From NCBI GenBank assembly GCA_965285935.1, contig OZ260661.1, forward strand, positions 82,708,001 through 82,772,000: a stretch of DNA of 64,000 bases, given 5' to 3'. Positions 1-13,519 of this stretch are shown here, one piece after another (position 1 is the stretch's first letter; each line of letters begins with the position of its first letter). This DNA is from Ophelia neglecta (taxonomy: Eukaryota). The notes below the pieces were generated by a model, which had not been told where the DNA came from, searched no databases, and saw only the letters and a list, made by a program, of their open reading frames with translations. The translations under genes were made by a program, and so were the position numbers.

Positions 1-3000
1 CCTCCTCAAACTGACAAATAACTGTCAGTATCTGCCGCGCTCTAGCCTCCAGGTGTGCAGAGGACAGGGATTTACCAATGGCAGTCACCACTTAGATCAT
101 GCTCCAGTCTTGTCAATCATTTAAACAGCTTGCCTATTTTCACCGCTTTTGTCAATCCTAATAAGGTGTTGATCCTCAGTAGTAAAGACAGCTTTACTTC
201 TTGAAAAGGTATGTTTGGGGGTTTTAGGGATCTATGTTCCAAACTGTACAATTTGTTTAATAAATAATTCACTGTTAATGTCTATCTATACTAGTAACAG
301 GATATCAAGAATGTTTTTCAATAAATCCTGCCCCTTTAAGAAAACTCTTTCATTAAATATTTAAAATGAAGTGAAAATCAGGTCTGGATTGAGCTACAAA
401 TGTTATTTTTTTACTAGTTTGATGGTGCATTGGAAGGTGCAATAATTATGATAGAACAAAAGGCTTTTTATGTATTGTTCCAAAAAAATTGAGTGATGGG
501 TAAATTAGTAAAATCTTCTGAACTATCCAAGGTTAAATAGGCATTTTTATACATGACTGAGTAAAAAGCAAAACAAATTATATTGTACTGGTTTCTTAGT
601 TAATAAAAATTCCGAAAATTAAAAAAGATATTTATCTCCTAAAAGTATCTTCCATGTATGTAGTTTACATGCATAGAGTTTCATAAAATATATTCTCCTA
701 TAAATACCGCCAGCGGTAGACCCTGAAAGTTAACCCCTGCTGTGGTATTGTGGTACCCTAATGTATGTGAGCACCAGCCGATGTTTTATTTGCATTCCTG
801 CAAAGTTTATGATGTAACAAAATATGCAGGTCCATAATACAATGAAATAAAGAATTTTGCACTTGTAAAGGCAATGGGAAATGGCCCATGTGTATAAAAA
901 TTAGCATAACTATAATAACAATGTTGTTCTTTGAGAACAATGGTTAGTCTGTGGTATTGCTCCTTTATCGTATACATGTCTCTGTGGGTTAAAAGGACAG
1001 CTGTGGCACTGAAGTGGCCATATTGGGCCTCTTCAACAGTCTTTAGATGGAAAAAAAGCTGCAGGTTTATAAATACTGATCACTTGCCGCTGATAGGCAT
1101 ATTGTATAATTAAAATAAATGACTTCCAGTTAAATAAATCCATTAAAAATAACTTAACATGGTATAAACTGAGGGGTCAACTCCCCTGAAGCCTGAACTA
1201 CCAAAGTTCATATAAATAAGATGACAATACAAAATAGTTTACAAATCATTGTCTCATGGGACCCATGTAGAGATACAAACAGGCAGACACCTCAGTAGTT
1301 ATTCATTAGAAGGCATCAGGAGACCGTTTGTCTAGACATGAATGTGCTGCTCAGCTCACATATCACAGTCACATGCTCATTAATAAGGAGAATCAGATTT
1401 TCATTATGATATAGAAATCAGGGGACCACATAATCCACTAGTATTTAATGTGTAAGAGACTGGCATTTGTGGGCAAATTGGCTTAGCATCTGACAGCTAT
1501 GATTTTGGAAACTCCTCAGAGAGGCTTTTTGGCTCATTAAGCATGATTTTTACCGTAATTATCCTGTATGGAGCTTCAGGCCATGGTCATATGTCATTGG
1601 CCAAGCTGTGTATATCAAAGATGCCCATCTAGTGGCCTTCACCGCTTCAGACCTGCCAACAGCAGTAGCTGGCTTCTCAGATTTCTATGATTTGGTTCAT
1701 TATGTACATATTGTCAACTCCCAGCAACTGGAGGTGTCAAGCTCCCTCTCTTGTTGCTTTGTTAGGCATCTGCAGGCATTTCAGCCCTTCTAATATTGAT
1801 CAAATCCTTTATCAGAACTGACTAATTGCCTCAATCAACTTGTACTGCCTTGTAATACATCTTAGCCTGTTCATAATGTTAGGCCCCTTTTCTTGCAGCC
1901 TACTCGAGTTGATGAAAGGTCTGCCGACAGCAGACTTGAGGACATTGATCTAGACTCCCCACCTTGCTTCTATCTGACCTTTGAGCATTGATTTTCTGCT
2001 TGTCTCCCCGTTACGGAAATGACAATGTTGCAATTATTGTCCGTAACTTTTTCCTGTTGGCGCTTGATTTGTATAATTAGTCACCACTTTTGTGGTTCCC
2101 CGGAGACAGCCCAGATATTGATACCAGTTAACCAAGTCTCTCTCTTATTAAATAAATGCCATTCCTTGGGGAAAGAATTTTCTGTAAAGCTTGCTCCATC
2201 ATTACAAGTATTTGTGTAATCTGCTTCATCGATTTCTCTGCAAGCCAGCTAACAGTAACTTCTTCTGATGCATTTGAGTGTTTCAAAAGAAAGAAGTCTA
2301 GAAAGAGTTCATACATCAAAGCAATTCCTTGGGGATCTCCTTATTTTGCCAACAAATTGTGTATATATATAGACAACATTAGCTGTGCTTCTATGCTCCC
2401 CAACATACTTTACAGGTGTGTTGTTCTAAGTTTATTCTGCATTATTTGAATACCTACGGTCTCTGATATATATTGGAGGGATGTGAAGTACCGGTAGCTT
2501 AGTTCATGGCTGATAAGAAACAGAAGGGAGCCAGGGCAAAATTGCATAAGTTAAGGACTTGATATATAAGCTTACTCAGTTACTTTACTTAGGTCACCAA
2601 CTCATAAACTATGCCCAGAATGTGCTCATCAGTTAGGCTCAAAACCCAGCAACAGTGGGAGGATGTATGGAGGATACTTGTTTTATAATGGAATTATCAG
2701 TTTCTCCTGGGGCTCATATACTGACTGATCAGCCTGATCAACTCGCTGGCTGATCTACTGACTTTCAAGCCTGAGCAGCTATGAAGGAAAATCAGAGCAG
2801 ACGACATTGGCGCACACCTTGGTCTTAGAGCTATTGCTAGTTTATCACCATTTATCACTTGGTATAAGTACTTGTAGTGAAGATCTCGATCAAGCAACAT
2901 TTCTTGTAAGGATACTAATTACATGTTACTAACTCATGATGGCTAATGTAAGAACCTGTGTGATGCAGTTCTTGGTGGTGAGTACAGCAGCCATATTCAT

Positions 3001-3495
3001 GTACTGTAGCTTGTATTAAATCTATTTATCTAATGTTTACATATCCATTTGTGAAGGAATAAACAGCTGGTATGATCTATTTACAATATTTAGATAAGGT
3101 CTTTCATGGAATCAGAAGTCTTAAGATATACTGAAGATGAAGAAATGATAATATGTAGCAGCATTAAGATTGTGGTGCCAATTGGTTTGTGAACATTTCT
3201 CAATGACATGAAGATACTTTCTGTTAAAAAAGGATATTCATAAAGTGCTAAATTTGTAACTGTTGTCTCAATGCACATCTTGGGTTAGTTTTACTCCCAT
3301 CAACCCTCCATCCGCTAGCCCTATGCCTATAAGCCAGTTTGGACAGTTTTTGTCTTTCATTTTTCATACAGTTACACATATACAACGATTGGCCATGGAA
3401 GGTAGCCTTGTATGATTGTAAGTTAAGAGTTAATTTCATGTGTATTTGCACTTTGAATTGGATGAATAAGCTCATATATTATATTTTAATTCCAG

Positions 3496-5310
3496 CAACA
3501 GCCTGTGAAACGTTCGTTCTGTCGATCCCTGCAGAGAGACACCCACTGGAAATGCCTTATTCTGACCCTGCTGATATTTGGCTGTCTGGGAGCCATTGCC
3601 TGGTGTAGACTCACTGTCGTCACCAAAGTTATGGTCAACTTCTATGACATACCCATCACGCGGACCAACCGCGCCAGTCCGTGTGACGATGGCTATGTCT
3701 ACATCCCTGTGGCCTTTGTGGTGATGCTGTATCTGGTGTATCTGGTTGAGTGCTGGCACTGCCATACTAGAATTGAACTCCATTACAAGGTAGATGTCAA
3801 TGCGGTGTACGAGCGGGTACAGGCTATGCGAGAGGCCTTGCCCATCGTCTGGTGGAAAGCCGTCTGCTATCACTATGTTAGACGCACCCGGCAAGTGACA
3901 CGCTACCGAAATGGTGATGCATTCACCACCACCCAGGTATACTATGAACGCGTCAACTCACACACTTCTAGCTCAGCTTTCAATTTTGCCAGCTGTGGTA
4001 TCAAGGACATCTCCAAGAAACTGATCAACTTGGAGACCTTCCCTGCTACAAAGATCAGGTTCTCCAAAGGTTTCTCGTTTGCCACAGTGGAAGCTGAGCA
4101 GGAGTTTGAAGACCAAAGGGGCCAGTTCTTCCAGGAACACGAGAGAAGAGATGATTACATGGAGACCCGAGAAGGACTAGACTTGTTAAATATCAATTTC
4201 AAGGAGTATATGATTGCCTTTGCTGACCCAGATAACCTGCCCTGGTATGCCTCCCATGTGGTGTTCTGGCTGACCTCAATGGTGCTTCTTTCCTGGCCAC
4301 TTCGGGTTCTTATTGAGTATAAAACTGCATATGTTCACTACCATGTTCACAAGCTGTTTGGCTGTAACTACCTCGACTCTTCCTACTGTTTAGGCCAGAT
4401 GTCTCGTGTGAGCACTATGGGAAGCTCTGAATTGGAGTACACCATTCGTAACAACTACAATATTGTGCCAAGTTACTCTGAGGCCTTGCTCATGGAGGCA
4501 GGCACTTCACCAGATGCAAATGGTAATACAAGTGTAACCACACCTAATGGAAGCATTCAGATGGTGCCACTGGGTCCTGCTTTGAGTGGATATGCAAATG
4601 GTCACATTTCAAATGGACATGTGCCAAATGGGGTCATTCAGTATGGAACACTACGCAATGGCACCGTAGTGCCACTGAACAGAGTGATTCTGAGACAGCG
4701 TGATATAGCCTCAGTCGAAAACATTCCAAACCAGGTACAGCAGAAGAGGCGGCGCAAAAAACGCAAGAGCAGACGCCATAGTTATTCTGAGACAACGGCC
4801 CTTTTAAGTGATACAGATGGTGCTCATATCAATGTCCCAAGACGGACAAACCAAGCAACCTCCACCCAAGAATCTCCTGAACTGGACCATTCCAACAGAA
4901 AAGGGCCTGCAATGCGCTCTGTTATCTCCTGTTTTGAGATTAGGGAGACTGCTCTTAAAAGTGACCCAGAAGGTGATAGCTCTATGCAGACTTCCACTGA
5001 AGGACCAGACCTCCAATCTACAGATGCTCTAAATGCACGTTCACCTCCAACAGAGCCTCCTTCTTATGAAGATGCTCTTGGCATGAGGATAGCAGCCAGA
5101 ATGAGGGCCAGTAGGAGCTCATTGGTTAGCCAAGGGTATGACTCTTTTGGCCATTCACTGAACAGATCCAATAGTATTACATCTCAACAGCTAGACTCTG
5201 TGAGCACTGCCTCGACCACAGTGGTGTCAGGAGACAATGAGCAGACCAATGAACCAGAGAGGGAAGCAGAGGCTCCAGTTCTACTCAGGCTTATGGAAAC
5301 TTCATTGTGA
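3496..5310 (+). CDS. TMEM151B: Transmembrane protein 151 (TMEM151B-like), main coding exon; the start-codon exon was not located
   Basis: Acceptor ttccag at 3490-3495, then QQPVKRSFCRSLQRDTHWKCLILTLL...SPCDDGYVYIPVAFVVMLYLVYLVECWHC...YHYVRRTRQVTRYRNGDAFTTTQVYYERVN, which are TMEM151 family signatures. Stop TGA at 5308-5310. The ORF-track start at 3505 is a GTG inside the exon. Confidence 0.9.
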   Translation, partial: QQPVKRSFCRSLQRDTHWKCLILTLLIFGCLGAIAWCRLTVVTKVMVNFYDIPITRTNRASPCDDGYVYIPVAFVVMLYLVYLVECWHCHTRIELHYKVDVNAVYERVQAMREALPIVWWKAVCYHYVRRTRQVTRYRNGDAFTTTQVYYERVNSHTSSSAFNFASCGIKDISKKLINLETFPATKIRFSKGFSFATVEAEQEFEDQRGQFFQEHERRDDYMETREGLDLLNINFKEYMIAFADPDNLPWYASHVVFWLTSMVLLSWPLRVLIEYKTAYVHYHVHKLFGCNYLDSSYCLGQMSRVSTMGSSELEYTIRNNYNIVPSYSEALLMEAGTSPDANGNTSVTTPNGSIQMVPLGPALSGYANGHISNGHVPNGVIQYGTLRNGTVVPLNRVILRQRDIASVENIPNQVQQKRRRKKRKSRRHSYSETTALLSDTDGAHINVPRRTNQATSTQESPELDHSNRKGPAMRSVISCFEIRETALKSDPEGDSSMQTSTEGPDLQSTDALNARSPPTEPPSYEDALGMRIAARMRASRSSLVSQGYDSFGHSLNRSNSITSQQLDSVSTASTTVVSGDNEQTNEPEREAEAPVLLRLMETSL

Positions 5311-8141
5311 ATCAGCCTGAGGCAGGAGCAATTGATCTAGAGAAATAAAAGTATTGAATTAAATAACATTTGTTGCCACTAAGATATATTGTATTAAAAT
5401 TTGTTTGGCTTATATTCATGTATTTAGGAAATGATGGATTTTTAAGTAAATATATATAGGAATTCTGACTTCATCTGTGGACAGCTTTATACTATTTAAT
5501 AGGCCTACTTTTCTTGAATATTGTTTTTTGGAGAATTTTTGTAAAACCATGTACATGTACATGTTAAATACACATGGGAATTTCCAGATATGGGATTCTA
5601 TATCGTAATAGCAGCATATATAAATTATGCGCATGTCATTTCTGCAGAACAGTTGCTATGGGCACACGTGTATGTATTTCTTTCCTTTTTGTAATACTGC
5701 ATTAACACTGAACTTATCATTATGAACTTATCAGAGAATGAACATAAACCATATAGCATAGTATATTCATTGTGAATGAGTCAAGATTTGAAATATTATA
5801 GTGTCTGATAGATAAATCAATTGGGTTGATATTGTCTTCCAGTGTTTTACGTTTTATACATTTAAGCATGTACCGGTAATGTATGGTTGTGTGCATGTAA
5901 CATACCTCCCCATCATTCTGTTAGAGCCTGCATTATCAAGTGATCTGTTAAAACTGCTGCCCTTCCCCTGAGGCGTAGGGGATGTAATCCTGTTTTGAAA
6001 ATTGAGATTATTGATCACTGCATTATTTCTTTCCAACCATTTCTTAAATTGAAAATGTTACATCAGAATTTAAGCTGACTGAAAGGCAATTGTTATTGAG
6101 TCCTACTCCTCAGCACTTGTTTACAGGTTTTATTTGAAAACAGATGATAGATAATTTGTGTTGATTAATTATAACCTAAAATCATTTATTTCCTGGTGTC
6201 ATATTGCAAGCTTTCTTCTGTTCGTTTGACATCCATATATAGTATATATAAATACCTAATAGGCAGGATCAGAATTTAACTGTTTTTCTTCAGTAGAAAA
6301 GACTAGCCTGTTGCAATTTGGTCCATGAATAGGCCGACAGCCACCAAACTTATTTGGAGCTCTTTAATCATGGAGTTGACAAAGCTTGATGTCATACATG
6401 TGGTTCAGTCCAGCATTTTTTTCTCAATGCAGTGAGAGCTACAATGTGTGACAATTATTTAGTTAGTCCCTCCATGAGTTTCCCATCAGTTTGAATGCTA
6501 TTCAGCGTGCGCTCGACCACATGTCGAAATATTTGACATTGATAATCTATTACATATCATTTGGTATGACTGAATAAGTGTAAAAATTTCGCTTTGCTAC
6601 TTTCGTATTTTTTAAGTGTCTCTTAAATCAATTCTCAAAATTAAATTATTAGTACTACCTCAAAGAAACAGCATTGCAAATCTGCCAAAGTTCTACAAAA
6701 CAGAATTATCCCCGTTCCCCAAAAATGTGATTCCAAAAAACATTGTCAGATTATTCCCTTTGAACATAATGGTCTCCATTGAAACTCGCATTATACATCA
6801 TAAATTTGCGACAGTAAACCTGGTTCATCACATTTTTCCTGAGAAAGACTTCTAGATGTCCAGCTAAATTCCATTCTGATAAATAAGATAACAATAGAAT
6901 TAATTACTGGTAAGTTGCAATATATAGAGTATCCATTTTTGTTAAAATTCTTGGTGGTAAAAGGTACAAACTAACTCTAGTTAGGGTAAGTTGTTAATGT
7001 TTTATCATTCAGCCGTCCACTTATCAAAATTACTAACCAATTCTCTGTCCAGTTTGTAGATAAATTTAACTTCTTGCATGAATTTTAATGTAGCCTAGGA
7101 TATATAACACACTGTATTGACTATGGATGAAGTTAAGATTTTCAAAAACGCCCTGTCTCTCTCCAGTCCATAAGCCTAATGCCACAGCTAGGCACCATAT
7201 GTGTACGTGTATGTGATTATCTTTAGATTCTTAAGTAATATTCCATTTGTACTGTTTCTGTTGCGCAGATTTTCAATGAATGAGTGACTATATATATTTT
7301 GAGAAGACTGATTTTGTGCCAAGCTTTTAAATGTGTTGATGACGTGTAGAATGTTGATGTTCATATAGCATGGCCACGATGTGATGGGAGCTAGTTCTAG
7401 AATCTAGAAATCAGATCAATCAATCAAATGTATTAACCAAGTGTATTCCTCAATGAACAAGCTTTGGTTATAATGATAAAGTGCTTTTTAACACTATATA
7501 TTGTTGATAATGCTCATATTTGCAGTTTGAATTTGTAAAGAAAATTGTAAATTCAGCCAACATAGTTGAATAAAAGCATTGTAAATTTATCCTGATAGTC
7601 TTAAAATACTTCTCTTATCACAATTATAACAACTTTTTACTTTTTAGAGATAAATGAGAAGGAAAGAACCTGCCTCAATTTTTAGAGTAAATAGTAAATG
7701 ATATAAAGCAATTTCCTTTGAAACTTAAATAAAACACCATATCATTATTTATTTATTTATTCTGTTTTGGTTACATTTCATAGATCTAAGTTGAAGGTAC
7801 AGCCCTGCTAGACAAAGAGAGAATGTTGAAGTGCATTTGTACATAATAATACACAATAATACATAAGCGTGTAGTTACATATTATAATTTCAAGGCTCAT
7901 TAGAAGGATTATAAATGCCTAAACATAATGAAGTTCATAATTAAAGAAAGAAAATCTTATAGTCAGAACCTTGATATAATTTTTTAATTAGATGCATAAA
8001 ACTACAATATTCATGAAATCTTAATCAAATGAAAATCAACAATTTCATTCTGTATTCTTAAATACACCCAATTTGATCAATGATAAACATGATTGCAAAC
8101 AACATCATTTAAAAAAGACACACTCCATGTGTCGAAAAATA

Positions 8142-11100
8142 TTAAGCTTTCTTTAGGTTAACCTCATTTATTTTCTTCTCGCGCTCTTTCTCGCGGTTTC
8201 TGTTGAGGATCTGGTTGATGCAGTATTCGGACTCCTGTCCACACTCCGTCAGCCTCAGATCCATGTGGGTGATTGTCTCATTCTCTTCCATACCTTCCTG
8301 CAGTTGCTTACCACCATCCTAAAATAAAAAAGGCAACACTCATTTCCAGGATACTATTGTTAGGATGAGAATATAAAAGAATGAATTTATTTGTGATTTT
8401 TTTTATCTAAGCATTTGATTTAATCTTTTCATGACCTTAAACTGTAATAAGGTGAAAGTTAAAATCAGTTTTTAGGTGTAGCCCCAAATTGCTTATTACA
8501 TTGCTGAAAGTCAAGAGGGAGATTAAAAAAGTCAAATTAACCAATACCACTTGAGTCTCTTTACAGCAGCATTGCAGGACAAGATTATAAATAACCAATC
8601 CCCTTGTGTTAACCAAAAATACATGTTTAAAAATCTCTAATCCACAGGGAGGATTATCATTGGTAGTTGTTTTTATCCACAGATCTCTCACTGATTGTAT
8701 TTTGGCAACAACTGTTGCACACATCGGCATTCATGAGCAGTCAGCTGTGTGTTACTAATGGGTAGGGGAAATGCTATTGCCTCTTTTATAGGTAAATTAC
8801 AGGATGCCAAAATTTATATCCCTCTGCAACTGAGGTGTTGATTTCATGGCCCCATATGGTTGCAATAACTGTAGTTTACTGACATTTTACATGCCAAACC
8901 AATGTCGAAGCAGCTGTCGATGATTTAGTGGGCCCTGGGATGGGTGACGCTGCATATGCATGGAGCATAAAAACTGTTGGCACCAGCTCTGTGCATGACA
9001 ACCAAATATCCTTGCTTAAAGTCTTGCTCAGCAACCAGAAATTTATGAATAAGCTTGAGTTTAGACCTTGACAATGTTAAGAGAAGAACCATTGAAGTGC
9101 GCTCTTTGCGGTCTACAAAATGAGCCTTCAGATTTCTATACAAGGTTGCCCTATGAGGCTTCAGCTTGTTTATGTTGACATTGTGGTTGAGCTGCTCCCA
9201 ATATCAGGGAGACCAATTTAGGTCCCAGCAGGCTAACAGGATTAGTAACTTCTTTGGTTCTTTATGCACCCAGCTGTAAAGATAGCCTTTCTTTCTGGCA
9301 GTGGCTGTCAGGCTATGGTAAACAAGTGGAGCACAAAATAAGGAGCCACATTGGTGTTGTTTAGACCAAACTTGAAAAATGCAACTCCCCATCTGTTTCT
9401 CTTCCTAATATGCTCTTAAGCTTTGTTCCAGAGTGCATCTCCAGAAATTCAATGAAGATTAATGCATGTAATGCAGAAAGGAAAGCAACCATCATATCGT
9501 GTTGTCAAATCATTTAATTCGAATTAAATGGCAGAGAGCGCAGAGAATGGCCATGATCCCTGTATCCTAATGGGATTACACAGACCGGGGATGACTTGCC
9601 AGGGGAGGAAATGCTTCTGATACCAAATGTCAAAACGAGCATGCCTACTTATCCATCACCATCAAATCTACTACTTTAGGCCATAATTCAATTGTTTTGC
9701 AAAGTAATACTTTCTTAGATACTATTACCGTAAATGAAATGATGCAGTTTCTGATGGATCTCAGATATGCTTACCTCAGAAATGATATCTTACCAAAGAG
9801 AGGTTATCATATCTGCGTTTATATGGGGTGGGCTTACTGCATGCAGAAACATGATTGTAAGTTATATGAATGATCAATTTAAATAACAAGGAATTCCTAT
9901 TCACATCCAATGAGAACTGGATAGGACTTCTGCCGTAAACAAAATTCACCAATAATAAATTCATTTAACAGCTGAGGTCAAGAGAGAAAAATACTTTGCT
10001 TCTGGTTAGGTCGGATATTGAAAACATAACCCGACAATAAAGTTTTTTCTTTATATTCTCCAACAATTTTGTTAGGAAAAAACCTTATAATGCAAGGAAT
10101 TGGTGTCATAAAGCAGTGATGTTTTTAGTTTCCTGAAATAACAATTTATCTATTGTCTGATATGGGGGACCACCACTGGGACCTGACTAATAGAATTTTT
10201 CTCAGCCAAGCCAACACTCTTGTTTTACGTTACTTCCGTGGCTTCTTGAAATGCATGTGTTTTTTCCCAATGTATACATTAAGTGTGACTTACAAATCTA
10301 ATCACAAGAGCTATAGATTTGTGGGTCTCTTGAAACCCATTGTGGGAATACATTGCCAGAAAGTCATGGTTGCCTTTAGCCATCCTAATAAACAATCAGT
10401 CGGTATGTGACTCAAATCGATAAGTATGCCATGGTGAGAGCATTTCTGTCTCTCAATTACCACTGCAGTCTACGGGGTCCAATTTTTTATTGGTCAACAC
10501 AAGAACAGCCTTAGAATATATCACAGACTGAGATCAAATACATGCCTTCAATACTTTTATGGCATTAGTAATATTGCTCTTATGGGCAATGTATCACATG
10601 TGTGGCATGCCTGAGTGTCCATTGGAGCACTTGGAAGAAGGAATAACTAATTCCTGATGACCAATACTTGTTTAATATTTATAGATTTCAGTCTGAATAA
10701 ATGGGTAAATAGGAAAATATGGGTCAGGTACTGAGGTATCCTGTCATGGACGTCTTTAGCTCACTAATGTATCTTCCATGTAAATTCTCTATTGATTCAA
10801 GTTTCTTACTTATCGTAAGATATTTCTAGTGAATAAATTTTAGGAAATTTGCCAACATAACTAGATGTGCACATCTAAGAAAAATTTATCATATAAACAA
10901 AATCATGTGGCTAATTTTCTCAACCTTCATGAAAAACAAAATGTTAAGACATATAAAGTCCACCTAAGGCCAAACTATTGTACATGTATGTATGTTAGTC
11001 TGGACTCTTAATAGGTCAAATGTGATCATTGAGAAATAGGCATTGAGCATTTTGGTCGACCTTGAAGATGACCATGAAATCAGACTAAAAGGTCAAATTC

Positions 11101-13431
11101 CTTTGTACAGTATGATTTCCACCATTTCCTATACACATTCATTACATATTAAGTCTTTGACAAGCTGTATTATTAAATATAAGTAATTACTGTGATCATA
11201 CAGGGCATTTTGGATGGGATTGCTTGCAAAACAATATCCAATTTCCACCAAAAGTCAATTAGCTTATGCTTATACCTATGCTATTGGCCATATCACTTGG
11301 GTCCTAATTGATCAAAATACTTCTTAAGTTATGACAATCTGAAGATATATTTAAACCCAGCTTAAACAATATCAAACCCATATTGTTTCTAAAATGGTTC
11401 TAACACAGCCCACTTTCGCATGAAAGAAAGTTGTTCATCAAAATGCACAACTTAAACAATGAATTAAATGACTCCAGCCTTGTAATGCGAAAAATGACAC
11501 TTTATATAAGTAATTAACTGAAACCTTATATAATTACACATACGGAATGAAACCAGTTCAGAGGGTCTACTCTTAAAGTCAGTACTACTAAACACCCAAG
11601 CACTGTCTTAGTAGTTCTAGGATTTATCTTTATAATTAATGGTTCCATGGTTTATTTCATAAAATAATGCAAACTTCTTTGCTTATTACAAAAGCAAATT
11701 CCTTTCATGGATAATCCATCATTATTAATGAAATTTGACTTTCTTATATTAAAGGAAATATAAATAAAAAAAAAGGCACACACAGAAACATTATTGTTAA
11801 TTTTTAGGGGCAAATGATTCATACTAACCGGGCCAAGCCTGTTGCATGATAAGTCAAGCCTTTTCAGTGTGGAGTTTTGTACTACTACTTGTGACAGTAT
11901 GGCAGCAGTAGGTTCTGTGAGGTCATTGCTTCCCAGATTCACATCAGTCAATGTTGTGTTCTTCAATAGCGAGCGGCAGATGGCCTGACCTCCTTCATCA
12001 CTCAGCCTGTTCAGCCGAAGATTTAGCTCCACCAACTTGGTATTCTTGGTGAGAGCGTGAGCAATGGCCTGTGCCCCTGCTGGTCGGATGTTGTTGTCAC
12101 ACACATTCAGCTTGACCAGCTCGCTGTGATTGTTGAGGAATTTCCCGATTGCCCTTGCCCCTCTATCACTGATCAAATTATGTGACAAGTCCAACTCAGT
12201 GAGACCTGGGTGATCTAATATGTGGCTGATCAACACCCTCACTTTGTCATCATCTACCTTACTTCGGTGTAGTCTGAATACCTTCAGCTGTTTGCAGTTT
12301 GCTATGCATTTGGCTAAATAAAGACAGTCTCTTGCAGTGAATTGAAATAGATTCCATTCGAAGTTCATACCACAGTCTTTAACACCAAATGTTACATGGA
12401 ATTCGCGTAAGAAAGGCAATTGGGGCATTACAGTGTTGAAATCAAAGTGGTCTATTTCTGGTCCATCTCCAGCCTCTGAGCCTTCTCCGTCTGACATATC
12501 ATCCCCATCTAAGCCTTTAGGCTGCTCCTTGATAGGAGGTAGTAGCTGCCGTATTTCTAGTTTATTTACATAGTTTGCTGATAAAGGCAAAGTTTCTTTG
12601 AGTTCTGTTTCATCTGTGCTTTCTGGCACAAAACTTTCAATTATTTTTTCCAGGTTTCTTTCAAAATACATTCTTTTCCAGCAATCATCGTACGCTGAGA
12701 CGTCACAGATTTCCCAGTTTGCTTTGCAGCAGCGCTTCCAATATCCTTCATCATCCACCAGATTGGCAGTGACCCTCAATGGTAAATCAGTTGATATTTT
12801 TTCTAGTACCTTTGCTTTGTGCTTTGGCAATAGATCATTCAAAATCTTTGAGTTATCTGTAAAACACAACAGCAACAAAAGAATAATATCAGAACTGTTG
12901 TCAATTATCGTCACTTGAAAAATGAACATCAAATTAATTACTACTACTGGGATGCATAATTTAATCAACTAGAATTTGTACATCTTGAGCCATGTGTAAA
13001 AGTATATTTCCGGGTATGTAGATATGACAAATTGTATTATAATTATCTACATAATTATTGAAAACTACATAAAAATAGCATTAAGTAATAAAAAGTATAT
13101 TGCACTCACTTTCAAAATTGTCCACCATATGTTTGATACACAATTCTACAAGAAGAGGAACTGTTGCCAAAGACCATTCAGGGTCTTCTGCAATAATTCG
13201 TCTCATGTTTCTTAAGTCTGCTGCTGGATTGTCCTTGTTATCAGTTACAGGGGATGGAATATCTCCATGACCACCACTTTTATTGCTGGTCTGAGATTTG
13301 CCAGAAATGGGCCGTGACCCCCCTGCGCTCTTTGCAGGCAAACTCTTGCCATCATCTGAATCTCCAACTGTTGACTTTTCCTTTTCAGATTTTGCATCTC
13401 CTTGTGACTCTGTCAACGGTGGCTCAGACAT
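8142..13431 (-). CDS. TCTE1: Dynein regulatory complex subunit 5 (TCTE1/DRC5), leucine-rich-repeat axonemal protein, ~508 aa
   Basis: Coding exons 13431-13110, 12856-11829 and 8318-8142 join in phase with GT-AG sites (1527 nt). Motifs MRRIIAEDPEWSLATVPLL, YWKRCC, WKRMYFER, GVKDCGMNFEWNLFQFT, RNI-like LRRs and GPDGGKQLQEGMEENETITHMDLRLTECGQESEYCINQIL match TCTE1/DRC5. Confidence 0.93.
8790..9600 (+). mobile_element. Very degraded LINE reverse-transcriptase remnant in the TCTE1 last intron
   Basis: Broken frames give TLVLFRPNLKNATPHLF (compare LVRPxLEYAxPVW) near 9350-9400 and ERAQRMA near 9535 (compare ERVQRRA). Many stops; boundaries approximate. Confidence 0.3.
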
Positions 13432-13519
13432 GACTGAAAGGAAACAACACTCACAATTAATAATATTATATAAATCCATTTCAAATGTACAGGTTAAGGT
13501 TGGTTACCCTTTATAATAT

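Noticed and set aside
1560-2900. Slightly GC-richer segment with several short ORFs, possibly an old element or pseudogene
   Set aside because: No motif could be recognised in any frame; left unassigned.
3472-3894. Antisense and alternative-frame ORFs over real exons (also 12598-12918, 39856-40281, 42458-43619, 63427-63783)
   Set aside because: Shadow ORFs of coding sequence with no recognisable motifs.
11652-12968. ORF-track N- and C-terminal hydrophobic extensions of the LRR ORF
   Set aside because: Intron read-through beyond splice sites at 12856 and 11829.
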